Source: an uncultured virus (IMG/VR IMGVR_UViG_3300044646_002851) (Duplodnaviria; Heunggongvirae; Uroviricota; Caudoviricetes). From it: 64,000 nt of DNA. A program made the position numbers and the translations under genes. Shown here piece by piece: positions 28,836 through 37,371 of the stretch; within the stretch, counting starts at the first letter, position 1; each line of letters begins with the position of its first letter. The notes beneath the pieces were generated by a model. The model made no database searches, was not told the DNA's origin, and worked only from the letters and a program-made list of their open reading frames with translations. The DNA lies in IMG/VR virus record IMGVR_UViG_3300044646_002851; one strand, given 5' to 3'.

Positions 28836-29647
28836 CCAAAAATTAATTTCATTCTATCGTATAAATCTTTGCAAACATGATCAGGATCATATTCCCATAG
28901 TTTTTTATTATAAACACCAGCATTAACAAATCCGTCAAATTCAATACTCTTAGCAGTCTTAGAAAATTTATACAAATCAATTTGACCATCTAATGGCATG
29001 ACTCTATTTCTGTCCATATGCATTTCTCTGTTAATATTTTTATCTGCGTCACTTATGTGCAAAACTGATATTTTATTTTTATCGTATCCCAAAAAATCGT
29101 CCGCTTCTCCTCCGCTTTTCCACAAATGATAAGAGTCAATAATCATAGTTCCTTCTGCATTTACATCATCAATAAATTTTTTACATTTTAAAAATGTATC
29201 AATCTGTTTTGTTTGACCCATAAATTCTATACTTGGCAAACATCCAATTGATTTTCCCAATTCTAAAAGTTCATTAAAATAATCTACACCTTGTTGCCAT
29301 GAACCAAAATGATTGCGATGACTAAAGGCTGGTGTTGCTATTATCCACTTTGCATTTATGGAAGCAGATAATTCCATTCTTCTTTTGCATTCATCAATAA
29401 TGTCTTCATGCTTATCAGAAACGCCCATTAACTCTCCATCATTTTCAAACCATCCTACGATTTGTTCGACTGCTGGTATCTGAATATTATGATCTTCACA
29501 ACATTTTACTATGTCTTTCGAATTTTTAAATTTCAATTCATCAATCCAAGGTTCAATAGCAACAAATTTATTTCTACTTGCAATTTTTATTTTTTCAAAA
29601 ATATCAATATCAAAAGAAAGCATAGCTGTATTAATACAAAATTTCAT
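28832..29647 (-). CDS. Sugar-phosphate isomerase/epimerase (xylose-isomerase-like TIM barrel)
   Basis: IEPW, SIEFMG, IDSYH, LHISD, RVMPLDGQID. Confidence 0.85.
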   Translation of the reverse strand: MKFCINTAMLSFDIDIFEKIKIASRNKFVAIEPWIDELKFKNSKDIVKCCEDHNIQIPAVEQIVGWFENDGELMGVSDKHEDIIDECKRRMELSASINAKWIIATPAFSHRNHFGSWQQGVDYFNELLELGKSIGCLPSIEFMGQTKQIDTFLKCKKFIDDVNAEGTMIIDSYHLWKSGGEADDFLGYDKNKISVLHISDADKNINREMHMDRNRVMPLDGQIDLYKFSKTAKSIEFDGFVNAGVYNKKLWEYDPDHVCKDLYDRMKLIFG

Positions 29648-30429
29648 ATTTTTCTACCCATCCAAAGTTGTTGTTTGAAATCAACCAAGTTAAATTTTTT
29701 AACATCACCAGTATAAGTCCGATTAGGACAAAATTTGTCTATCGATCTACCCATGTCTATAAAAGAACACTCTTGGTTTGTAGTTTTAAATCTAAGATTA
29801 TAGACAAGCCAAGCAGAAAATAATTCTCCAGCCTGTATAAGTACATATTTTTTCCCGTGAGCATTAACAATCTTCAAAATATCATTCATAACTTCTAATC
29901 GTTTTTCATTTCTAGATGAATCAAAAAATAATTGATAAAAATTAAAATTTGGAAATTCCAATGTAATTTTCAATTCCTTTAAATGATCAAACCCAACAAC
30001 AATTACTTCATTATTTTTAATGTGATCAAAAAATTTACTTATAGTTTTATCGAGTACATATTTTTTCCAAATACCTCCAAAGTGTGGTTGGTATTTTTCC
30101 GGTATCGATTTAATGATAATTTCTTCTAATTCTTCATGTATTTTTTTATTGGTTTGATAAGGGTCATCATCATTAACAGCCAATATAATATCCGTCTTAT
30201 CTATGTTTTTTATAATTTCCTTTACTTCATCAATTAATTCTTTGTCATGATGTTTTTTGAATTTTGATTCCCAAAATTGTTTTCCAGCCAATAATTGCCA
30301 CCATGCATGATTCATTTTTATGAAATGTAAATTTTTATTTTTTATAATATCAATATAATATTCAACCTTAGGTGCGAATACCTTAACAATACCTCCTCTA
30401 AGAACAAAATTATGTTCGATTTTTAACAT
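29644..30429 (-). CDS. Hypothetical protein (weakly GT-D-like)
   Basis: VIVVG, LIQAG, FIDMGRSID; located in the glycan cluster. Confidence 0.5.
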   Translation of the reverse strand: MLKIEHNFVLRGGIVKVFAPKVEYYIDIIKNKNLHFIKMNHAWWQLLAGKQFWESKFKKHHDKELIDEVKEIIKNIDKTDIILAVNDDDPYQTNKKIHEELEEIIIKSIPEKYQPHFGGIWKKYVLDKTISKFFDHIKNNEVIVVGFDHLKELKITLEFPNFNFYQLFFDSSRNEKRLEVMNDILKIVNAHGKKYVLIQAGELFSAWLVYNLRFKTTNQECSFIDMGRSIDKFCPNRTYTGDVKKFNLVDFKQQLWMGRKI

Positions 30430-30437
30430 TTTTATCC

Positions 30438-31091
30438 TTATATTTTAACTTCGCTAATTTCTTTTGTTCTTTTCGCTGGAATACCCATATAAACACCCCC
30501 TTCTAAATCTATACTTTTAACCACGGAAGCACTTTGCCCAACTAATGTATTTGGTGCAATACTTATAGAATCACGAATTGTAGAACTAGATCCAATAAAA
30601 CAAAAATCTCCAATACTAATGTGTCCTGCAATATTGCAATTACTTGATATAAAAACATTATTACCTATTTTGCCATGATGACCAACATGAGTTAAAGACC
30701 AAATAATATTGTTGTCTCCAATTTCACAAAATGGTTGAATGTTAACATTTTCAAATATGAAACAATTTTTTCCTATTTTTGAATTGCTTACAGTAGCTGA
30801 ACTATGAATGTAAGTAATAAATTCATAACCTTTTTCTTTTATTTTATTACAAACATTAAATCGCAACTTATTCATTTCTGATGCATAAAGTGGTGCAAAA
30901 AATTGATGATTATCTTTTGGATATGAATTTTCTATTTCTTCAAAAGGAACGACTGGAAGTCCACAAAAGTTATTTTCTTTGATATAGGCTCCATCCAAAC
31001 AAAAAGCTACAACCTTATGGTCAGAATCATTTGTAAGATAATAATGAGCCAATTGAGACATATCACGATTTCCAAATATAACAACATTCAT
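30438..31091 (-). CDS. NeuD/PglD/VioB-family sugar acetyltransferase
   Basis: N-terminal Rossmann-like domain, hexapeptide repeats, HVGHH, YMGIPAK. Confidence 0.9.
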   Translation of the reverse strand: MNVVIFGNRDMSQLAHYYLTNDSDHKVVAFCLDGAYIKENNFCGLPVVPFEEIENSYPKDNHQFFAPLYASEMNKLRFNVCNKIKEKGYEFITYIHSSATVSNSKIGKNCFIFENVNIQPFCEIGDNNIIWSLTHVGHHGKIGNNVFISSNCNIAGHISIGDFCFIGSSSTIRDSISIAPNTLVGQSASVVKSIDLEGGVYMGIPAKRTKEISEVKI

Positions 31092-31101
31092 CTAAAGATC
31101 C

Positions 31102-32004
31102 TTATTCGGTCCACTTGCAATCTTCTGGATTAATACAGAGCCAATCAGAAACGACATCTAATTTTTCTTCAAATTCATTATAAGCCAAATTGCATTTTTT
31201 CAATTTCAACTTTCGAAATGATTCTGGCAAACTTTTTAAATTGTTTGAGTAAAGGCTAATTTGTTCTAAATTTTGAAGATCGCCAATATTTTCTGGTAAC
31301 TTGCATAATTTATTTTTATGAATTCTCAAAGCTTGAAGACTTTGCAAGGCACAAATACCATCTGGTAGATAACGCAATTTATTTGCAACTAAAGACAACC
31401 ATTTTAATTTTTTCCATTTGCAAATATCATCTGACAATTCAGTTATCTTACTCAAACCCCAAGAAAAGAATTCGATGTCTGGAAGTGAAAATATAAAATT
31501 TGGAATTTCTTGAATTTGATTCAAGTATAAATTTAAAAATTGTAACTTCTTACAACCAAAGATGGCATCGACATTAGTCAATTTGTTCTTATGAATCTTT
31601 AGAACTTTTAATTCTTTAAATTCAGATATCCAATCTGGAATAGATTCCAAATTGTTGACCCCTAAATTAAGATATGACAAATTACAAGATTTAATCCATT
31701 CTGGAACTTCACACATATAATTAGATGCAAGATCTAGATGTTCAATATTTGGCAAATCCATTTCTGGAACAAAACTCAATCTATTTTTTCTTAGATTCAA
31801 TGACTTCAAACTTTTCAATTTATTGACGAGATGTAATACATATTCTTTTTCAATTCTAGGGAGTGTTCTGAATGAACCAATAAAAGTTTCATCATTACTG
31901 GTAAAATCAGCTTTTATGCATCTGTCCATTTCAGTTGTGAATGTAGCAGATGGAGCATATCTTACGATTTCTTCAATGATGTCTAAATCAGACATGTATT
32001 CCAC
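31102..32004 (-). CDS. Leucine-rich-repeat protein
   Basis: About 9 LxxLxLxxNxLxxLP repeats. Confidence 0.9.
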   Translation of the reverse strand: MEYMSDLDIIEEIVRYAPSATFTTEMDRCIKADFTSNDETFIGSFRTLPRIEKEYVLHLVNKLKSLKSLNLRKNRLSFVPEMDLPNIEHLDLASNYMCEVPEWIKSCNLSYLNLGVNNLESIPDWISEFKELKVLKIHKNKLTNVDAIFGCKKLQFLNLYLNQIQEIPNFIFSLPDIEFFSWGLSKITELSDDICKWKKLKWLSLVANKLRYLPDGICALQSLQALRIHKNKLCKLPENIGDLQNLEQISLYSNNLKSLPESFRKLKLKKCNLAYNEFEEKLDVVSDWLCINPEDCKWTE

Positions 32005-32731
32005 CCTTTACCAACCATCTCTCTCCTAAAAATGCTGTTCTGCCATGAAGAAGTTCTTCGTCCTTGAAAAATAAAGCTTCGCCAAACTTAAGTTTTACAG
32101 ATTGACATAAATCTCCACCAACAATGTAAGATTCTAAGAAGTTGTGAAATTCATTTCTAATAGGAACATCATTGCACCTGTAATAATTCCATGTCAACTT
32201 ATTGTCTGACAAAATTGGTCGTGATTTGAAATCATCTCCCTTACTATGAATTACTTCTGTATTTTTAATTTTATTCAGCAGTTTTTTATCGTATATTTCA
32301 ATATATTTCTTTAATTCTTCAAGCAAAATAAAAGTTGTGCTGCCGCCATATAAAGATTCTTTCATGCAAAAGAAATATGTTGTGTTTGGAGCTTTAGACT
32401 CATAAGAACCATCGGTATGCAATGGTTGCCTAGTGTTGCTATAACTAAAGCTTTCGCTTTTTTTATTCGAAGGATATTTAATGTCGGTAAATAAACTACC
32501 TGTTTTATTTCCTTCTGAGTCTTCTTCCATAGGAGCAGGTTTTCCGATTCTTTTTGCACATTCCGACCAATAGTCAGAAATAGAAAATGATTCATCAGAA
32601 AAAATATAAGATAAAAGCATTCTGTTCGGCTTCACATGAATATATTTAACATCATCTTCAAGCAAAGCATCTTGAATATAATGTCCTGCAATAATTGGAT
32701 TCTCAGGAATTGCGATTTCGCAGTGCTTCAT
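31988..32731 (-). CDS. TauD/TfdA (CAS-like) 2OG-Fe(II) dioxygenase
   Basis: PLHTDGSY, GGSTTF, LLHGRTAF..RWL. Confidence 0.85.
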   Translation of the reverse strand: MKHCEIAIPENPIIAGHYIQDALLEDDVKYIHVKPNRMLLSYIFSDESFSISDYWSECAKRIGKPAPMEEDSEGNKTGSLFTDIKYPSNKKSESFSYSNTRQPLHTDGSYESKAPNTTYFFCMKESLYGGSTTFILLEELKKYIEIYDKKLLNKIKNTEVIHSKGDDFKSRPILSDNKLTWNYYRCNDVPIRNEFHNFLESYIVGGDLCQSVKLKFGEALFFKDEELLHGRTAFLGERWLVKGGIHV

Positions 32732-33128
32732 ACAAACCTTCCTTCCATTTGTTTAATGCATCCCACCGAACAACAGGAATAACATCCAAAGAAAAACCAG
32801 AAAAAAATTTATTCCATCTCAATGAACGCAAATGTTTTTCAATAATGATTTTAGATCCAAATGTGAAATCATCATATCCATAATAGTTTCCTATTTCGCA
32901 AATAACAAAAAATTTATCATTCAACTTTATATTCAACAAATAATCTTCCATATCATGAGGCAACTCTTCGTCTCCATATGTTGGACATATAAACAATATA
33001 ACATCTGCCCATATAGTCGGATTATCTCTTACAGATTTAACTTCGCCATCAAAGTGAAATGCAATATCTTCAGCAGTCTTCTTATTGGAGTCGTAAATTA
33101 TTTGCATTTCCATAAAACAAACTTTCAA
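32703..33128 (-). CDS. Flavodoxin-like protein
   Basis: IIYDSNKKTAEDIA, CPTYGDEELP, EIGNYYGY. Confidence 0.75.
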   Translation of the reverse strand: MKVCFMEMQIIYDSNKKTAEDIAFHFDGEVKSVRDNPTIWADVILFICPTYGDEELPHDMEDYLLNIKLNDKFFVICEIGNYYGYDDFTFGSKIIIEKHLRSLRWNKFFSGFSLDVIPVVRWDALNKWKEGLYEALRNRNS

Positions 33129-33708
33129 TAATTGAAATAGGATCTTGATAACTTGTATCTATAAAATTTAATTTAATGCCATTTTCTTGAAATTTAATCT
33201 CATCATATAAGGATCTACCTCCGGGCAAATTACAATATTCATCAGCTTGAAATAATTTACACAATTGTAAGATTCTATCTTCGCCTTTTTTATCAGAAGG
33301 ATAGTTGCTAGAAAATTCAAATGCTGTTTTGACATTCAAAATTTCAGCCACCATCTTTAAAGAATCACAATTCAAGTGCGATAACATATCATATTTTTCA
33401 TAATCTTGATAAGACCGAAATACGATATTTTCTTTTATTTTATTCCCATACAGATGAACGAAAGATTTTAAGTGGCTATCTACCCATCCATGACATATTG
33501 AAATTTCATTTATTTTTGCAAATTGATATGCTTTGTTGATTGGTACTGTAATATATGTTGGTGTTTTTTTATTGATCTTATTTCGGTTAATCCATCCTCT
33601 TCGGATATATTGAACATCATCCAAAAAAACAAATAAGTCAACATTAGCCATAAGCTGAAAATATCCAGCATATGGAAAAAAATATGGCTGCATTATTGCT
33701 AATTTCAT
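33082..33708 (-). CDS. WbqC-like protein (proposed glycyltransferase family)
   Basis: MKLAIMQPYFFPYAGYFQLM, FVFLDDVQY...WINRN, Y.NLPGG..LY. Confidence 0.92.
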   Translation of the reverse strand: MKLAIMQPYFFPYAGYFQLMANVDLFVFLDDVQYIRRGWINRNKINKKTPTYITVPINKAYQFAKINEISICHGWVDSHLKSFVHLYGNKIKENIVFRSYQDYEKYDMLSHLNCDSLKMVAEILNVKTAFEFSSNYPSDKKGEDRILQLCKLFQADEYCNLPGGRSLYDEIKFQENGIKLNFIDTSYQDPISIIESLFYGNANNLRLQ

Positions 33709-34298
33709 TTTATTTTGAATTTTTTGGATAAGTCTGGATATTCTGGTGATCTAATTTCAAAATCTTTAAGATATGAAGCCAAAACTAAGCCCCTAGAAGC
33801 TTGCTCAGGTGTCATATACATATTCCAACCAACCATATCAAATACTTCTTGCTCCATTAAAGGAATTTCTTCCCTGCCTTCGTATCTTGCTCTTTTAAAC
33901 CATTTTGCCGCCTCTACATTATCAGTAAATATCATCCCGCCTTTTCCTATATTTAAAATTTTATTAGCACTAAAAGAAACACATTGGAATGTTCCAGAAG
34001 CATACATATTTCTTGCAAGTTTACATGCGGAATCATAAATCGGGTAAGGTTTAAGTTGATATGACCCTTCCCAAGTATAATCTTCAAACTCAACCTCTGC
34101 TCCGGCATGAATGACTACACATGGAACCGAAATATAAGTTCTAGATGGTAAAATTACCTTTTTTGCTTTTAAGTAATGTAAACAAAGAAATAGTGCATTG
34201 GTACAGCTATCGATAGCAACAGCAAAAGGGCTATTTACAAAATGTGCCATTCTTTTTTCAAAATCTTGGACGACATTATATGGATTCATAAAATTCAT
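33705..34298 (-). CDS. Short DegT/DnrJ/VioA-type PLP-dependent sugar aminotransferase
   Basis: DSCTNAL, PSRTYISV, YDSA, SFSANK..IGKGG (PLP lysine), GWNMYMT; start moved to M17 (M20 also possible). Confidence 0.85.
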   Translation of the reverse strand: MNFMNPYNVVQDFEKRMAHFVNSPFAVAIDSCTNALFLCLHYLKAKKVILPSRTYISVPCVVIHAGAEVEFEDYTWEGSYQLKPYPIYDSACKLARNMYASGTFQCVSFSANKILNIGKGGMIFTDNVEAAKWFKRARYEGREEIPLMEQEVFDMVGWNMYMTPEQASRGLVLASYLKDFEIRSPEYPDLSKKFKIK

Positions 34299-34384
34299 TA
34301 TATACAAATTATTTTCATTGTTAAAGATAATATTTGAAAGAATCATTCGTAAATAGATTTATAATATTTTTACGAGGATTTTTT

Positions 34385-36349
34385 ATGGCTACTTATTCTT
34401 TTTATGAATTTTCTAATTACAAAAAACGATCTGATGTTTTTGCTTTTTTAGATTCTTACTCTGGAACAATCAACGAATCTGTTCTTCAAGAGCTTTATAC
34501 CAATTTTGGCTATGATGATGTCGTAAATGAAGCTTGGGGTGATTGGTTGAATAAAGCCAAAGGAATGGCACAAAATGTAGCAGCAGGAGCAGCGAATGTG
34601 GTGGCAGGAGCAGTTAAAGGTGCAAAAGATTTTGGACAAGGGTTCGCACAAGGGTCACAACAAGGTTATAAAGACACAAGAACCGAAGAAGGCGTAAAGA
34701 AAATTGAGAATATAGCAGCTAAAGTTGGCGAACTTAGCAAAGCATTTACCCAAAAATATAAGATTGATCCAGTTACAGCAGCTATCATCATTTCATCTGG
34801 TGCAACTGGCGGTCTTGGTGCAATACCAATGACGGCATTAGCAATTGGATTAAGAAAAGGTAGTGCTTGGCTTGCTGGTAAAGGTATGGATGCAGCTTGG
34901 AAAAAAGCAACTGGGAAAACACCAGCAGAATTAGATCAAATGTGGCAATCAAAAATTAACGCTCCTAAGGCAGCACCAGCAGCGGCTGGAGCAAAGCCAG
35001 CAACTCCACCACCAGTTCCAGCAGCGGGAGCAAAGCCAGCAGCACCAGCACCAGCACCAGCGGGAGCAAGACCAGCGGGAGCAAGACCAGCAACTCCACC
35101 GCCAGTTCCAGTAGCAGCTGGAGCAAGACCAGCCGCAAAACCAACAGCACCATCTTCTGATCAATTCCATTACGAAATGTTTAAGAGACCAAAAACATCA
35201 TTTGCTACTTTCCTAGAAAATAAAGATGCCGATTTATATAAAAATATAATTGATGAAGGAATGTGGGATAATGCAAAAGGATTTTTAACTGGTGCTTTAA
35301 ACAAGGGTGCAGATATAGCTAAAGGTTATGCCAAAGATATTGGAGATCAAGGATTTGCAAAAGCAACTGGATCATTGGTTGGTAAAGGTGCTGGTCAAGC
35401 TGCGGGAACTTTTGTGAACTTAGGTTCTGTTCTTGGAAGTAGTTTGAAAAATGCAGCATCGTTTATGGCTAACAATCCTGTCAAAACAGGAACAATGATG
35501 ATGGCTATTGCTGCTGGATCTATGATTGGAAGCTATGGAACTCAAGCAATCAATGGTTTCATTAACAAACCATCTCCAGATCAAGTTCAAGAATTAACTG
35601 CAGTCGCAAAACAAGCTGGAGTTCCAGACAGCGAAATACAATCAATGCATCAAGATTCTGGATATTCTGGTAGTGGTGGTGATTTTGGCGATGCTAATGA
35701 TACCGCATCTTCTGGAACTGGTGGCGATTTTGGTGCAAAAGACACTTCATATTCTGGTAGTGGTGGCGATTTCGGTGGTGGCAAAAACATTCCAGATAAG
35801 CGATGGATTGATAGCGATGGAATTGAAGATAGTAGCACGACTGCTCCGGGTGCAGGAGAATACCTACCTAAAAATGCCCAAGACACTTCGTATTCTGGAA
35901 CTGGTGGCGATTTTGATACCTCATCTTCTGGAACTGGTGGTGATTTTAGTGCAAAAGACACTTCATATTCTGGAACTGGTGGCGATTTCGGTGGTAGCAA
36001 AAACATTCCAGATAAGCGATGGATTGATTCGGGAGATGATACTACGGGTGGAGGAGAATTTATACCATCAAAAGACACTCAAACTTATTATGCAAATAAA
36101 GATACTAATTATAAAACAATGCCTACTGTTGGTAGTCCAGAAGACATTGCAATGAAAAAATCTTTTTTACCAAATAGTGATAATCCCGATTTTATAACTA
36201 CGCCTCCTGAAGCTGACGATTTTATACCTAAAGATCGATCCTATACAGGTAATTACAATCAAACGCCAAAGGTAGGAAAGGCAGGAGATGCTTGGGCAGC
36301 TGCAGAAAGAGCCAAAGATGCTGCAAGAAGATCTTATTTTGGTAACTAG
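34385..36349 (+). CDS. Large low-complexity protein with Ala/Pro-rich linker, GGDF repeats and CTS-like segments
   Basis: Start at M18 behind GAGG SD; MATYSFYEF, internal TSFATFLE; hydrophobic Gly/Ala-rich helices. Confidence 0.7.
   Translation: MATYSFYEFSNYKKRSDVFAFLDSYSGTINESVLQELYTNFGYDDVVNEAWGDWLNKAKGMAQNVAAGAANVVAGAVKGAKDFGQGFAQGSQQGYKDTRTEEGVKKIENIAAKVGELSKAFTQKYKIDPVTAAIIISSGATGGLGAIPMTALAIGLRKGSAWLAGKGMDAAWKKATGKTPAELDQMWQSKINAPKAAPAAAGAKPATPPPVPAAGAKPAAPAPAPAGARPAGARPATPPPVPVAAGARPAAKPTAPSSDQFHYEMFKRPKTSFATFLENKDADLYKNIIDEGMWDNAKGFLTGALNKGADIAKGYAKDIGDQGFAKATGSLVGKGAGQAAGTFVNLGSVLGSSLKNAASFMANNPVKTGTMMMAIAAGSMIGSYGTQAINGFINKPSPDQVQELTAVAKQAGVPDSEIQSMHQDSGYSGSGGDFGDANDTASSGTGGDFGAKDTSYSGSGGDFGGGKNIPDKRWIDSDGIEDSSTTAPGAGEYLPKNAQDTSYSGTGGDFDTSSSGTGGDFSAKDTSYSGTGGDFGGSKNIPDKRWIDSGDDTTGGGEFIPSKDTQTYYANKDTNYKTMPTVGSPEDIAMKKSFLPNSDNPDFITTPPEADDFIPKDRSYTGNYNQTPKVGKAGDAWAAAERAKDAARRSYFGN
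35655..36030 (+). repeat. In-frame S-G-[ST]-G-G-D-F repeats plus a 107-bp near-identical duplication
   Basis: 35706-35812 versus 35922-36028 (offset 216 bp); six SG[ST]GGDF units. Confidence 0.9.
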
Positions 36350-36364
36350 AAAGGTAAAGTAACA

Positions 36365-36730
36365 GTGAAATTCAAAGAATGGTTAAAAAGAGAAATGGCA
36401 TCCTTTATGATTCCTGATAGTTTACACCTAACAGTTCCAATTGGTGATAATTTAGAAAAAGTTATTGGCGTTGATATGTTTTTTGAAAAAGATCCAAAAA
36501 CAATCGATAAGTTTAGCAATACTGTAATGAATCAAGGGTCAAAGTTTATTGCAAAAGTTCCTCACGGAAATAAGTATTTTGTCTACAACGGACTTGATGG
36601 AATATTAGATCATTTAATATCAAAAGATGAAGCGGAAGAATTGGAACAAGGAGAATATAACCTTCTTGATGATAATTGGTGGAAAAAAGCCATGGTAATT
36701 GGATCTGATATGCAACCATTAGATGTCTAA
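36365..36730 (+). CDS. Hypothetical protein with CTS-like N-terminus
   Basis: MKFKEWLKRE (GTG start). Confidence 0.7.
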   Translation: MKFKEWLKREMASFMIPDSLHLTVPIGDNLEKVIGVDMFFEKDPKTIDKFSNTVMNQGSKFIAKVPHGNKYFVYNGLDGILDHLISKDEAEELEQGEYNLLDDNWWKKAMVIGSDMQPLDV

Positions 36731-36778
36731 ATTCATAATCATAGCATATATATAAAAGAATCAATTAAGGAGAACGAC

Positions 36779-37363
36779 ATGGCAGACTCTATGTATCATC
36801 AAAGAATAGGACTTACCTTCAAAAACAGGTATCCAGAGATATTTGATTATTGTTCCAAAATGAAGAACGGCAATGTAAAAATAATGTCTTTCGGATGTTC
36901 GATTGGAACTGAATGCTCAGATCTAAGGACTTATTTTCCAGATGCCACCATAGTTGGTGTGGACATCAATGAAAAACTATTGGAGATAGCAAAAAAAAGA
37001 AACCCAAACGAAAAAACAATCTATGACACGAGTACTGAAGCCCATAGCGGTTTCGACTTCATATTCTGCATGACTGTCCTTTGCAGCTACCCAAAAACAA
37101 GAAACCTTAAAAACTGCGAAGAAGTATATCCTTTCTCGAAATTCGAGGAAACAGTCCTTTCTCTGGTTGGGAAATTAAATGACGAAGGAAGTATCGTTAT
37201 ATGCAATTCGAACTTCAGATTCGCAGATGTCAGTTGTGCCTCTTCATTCGAGGCGATATCTATTGAAAACAAGAAACCAATCATAAATGTTCCTAAATTC
37301 GACAATCAAAACAACATATGTGAAGAAGACTATCCGTTCTGTATTTTCAAAAAAACTAAGTAG
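36779..37363 (+). CDS. Class I SAM-dependent methyltransferase
   Basis: MSFGCSIGTE, IVGVDIN, FDFIFCMTVL; AAGGAG SD. Confidence 0.8.
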   Translation: MADSMYHQRIGLTFKNRYPEIFDYCSKMKNGNVKIMSFGCSIGTECSDLRTYFPDATIVGVDINEKLLEIAKKRNPNEKTIYDTSTEAHSGFDFIFCMTVLCSYPKTRNLKNCEEVYPFSKFEETVLSLVGKLNDEGSIVICNSNFRFADVSCASSFEAISIENKKPIINVPKFDNQNNICEEDYPFCIFKKTK

Positions 37364-37371
37364 GAGTTAAA

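Noticed and set aside
35655..36030. Near-identical repeat pair as a DGR template/variable repeat
   Set aside because: Both copies are in-frame in one ORF, the differences are not adenine-specific, and there is no reverse transcriptase in the window
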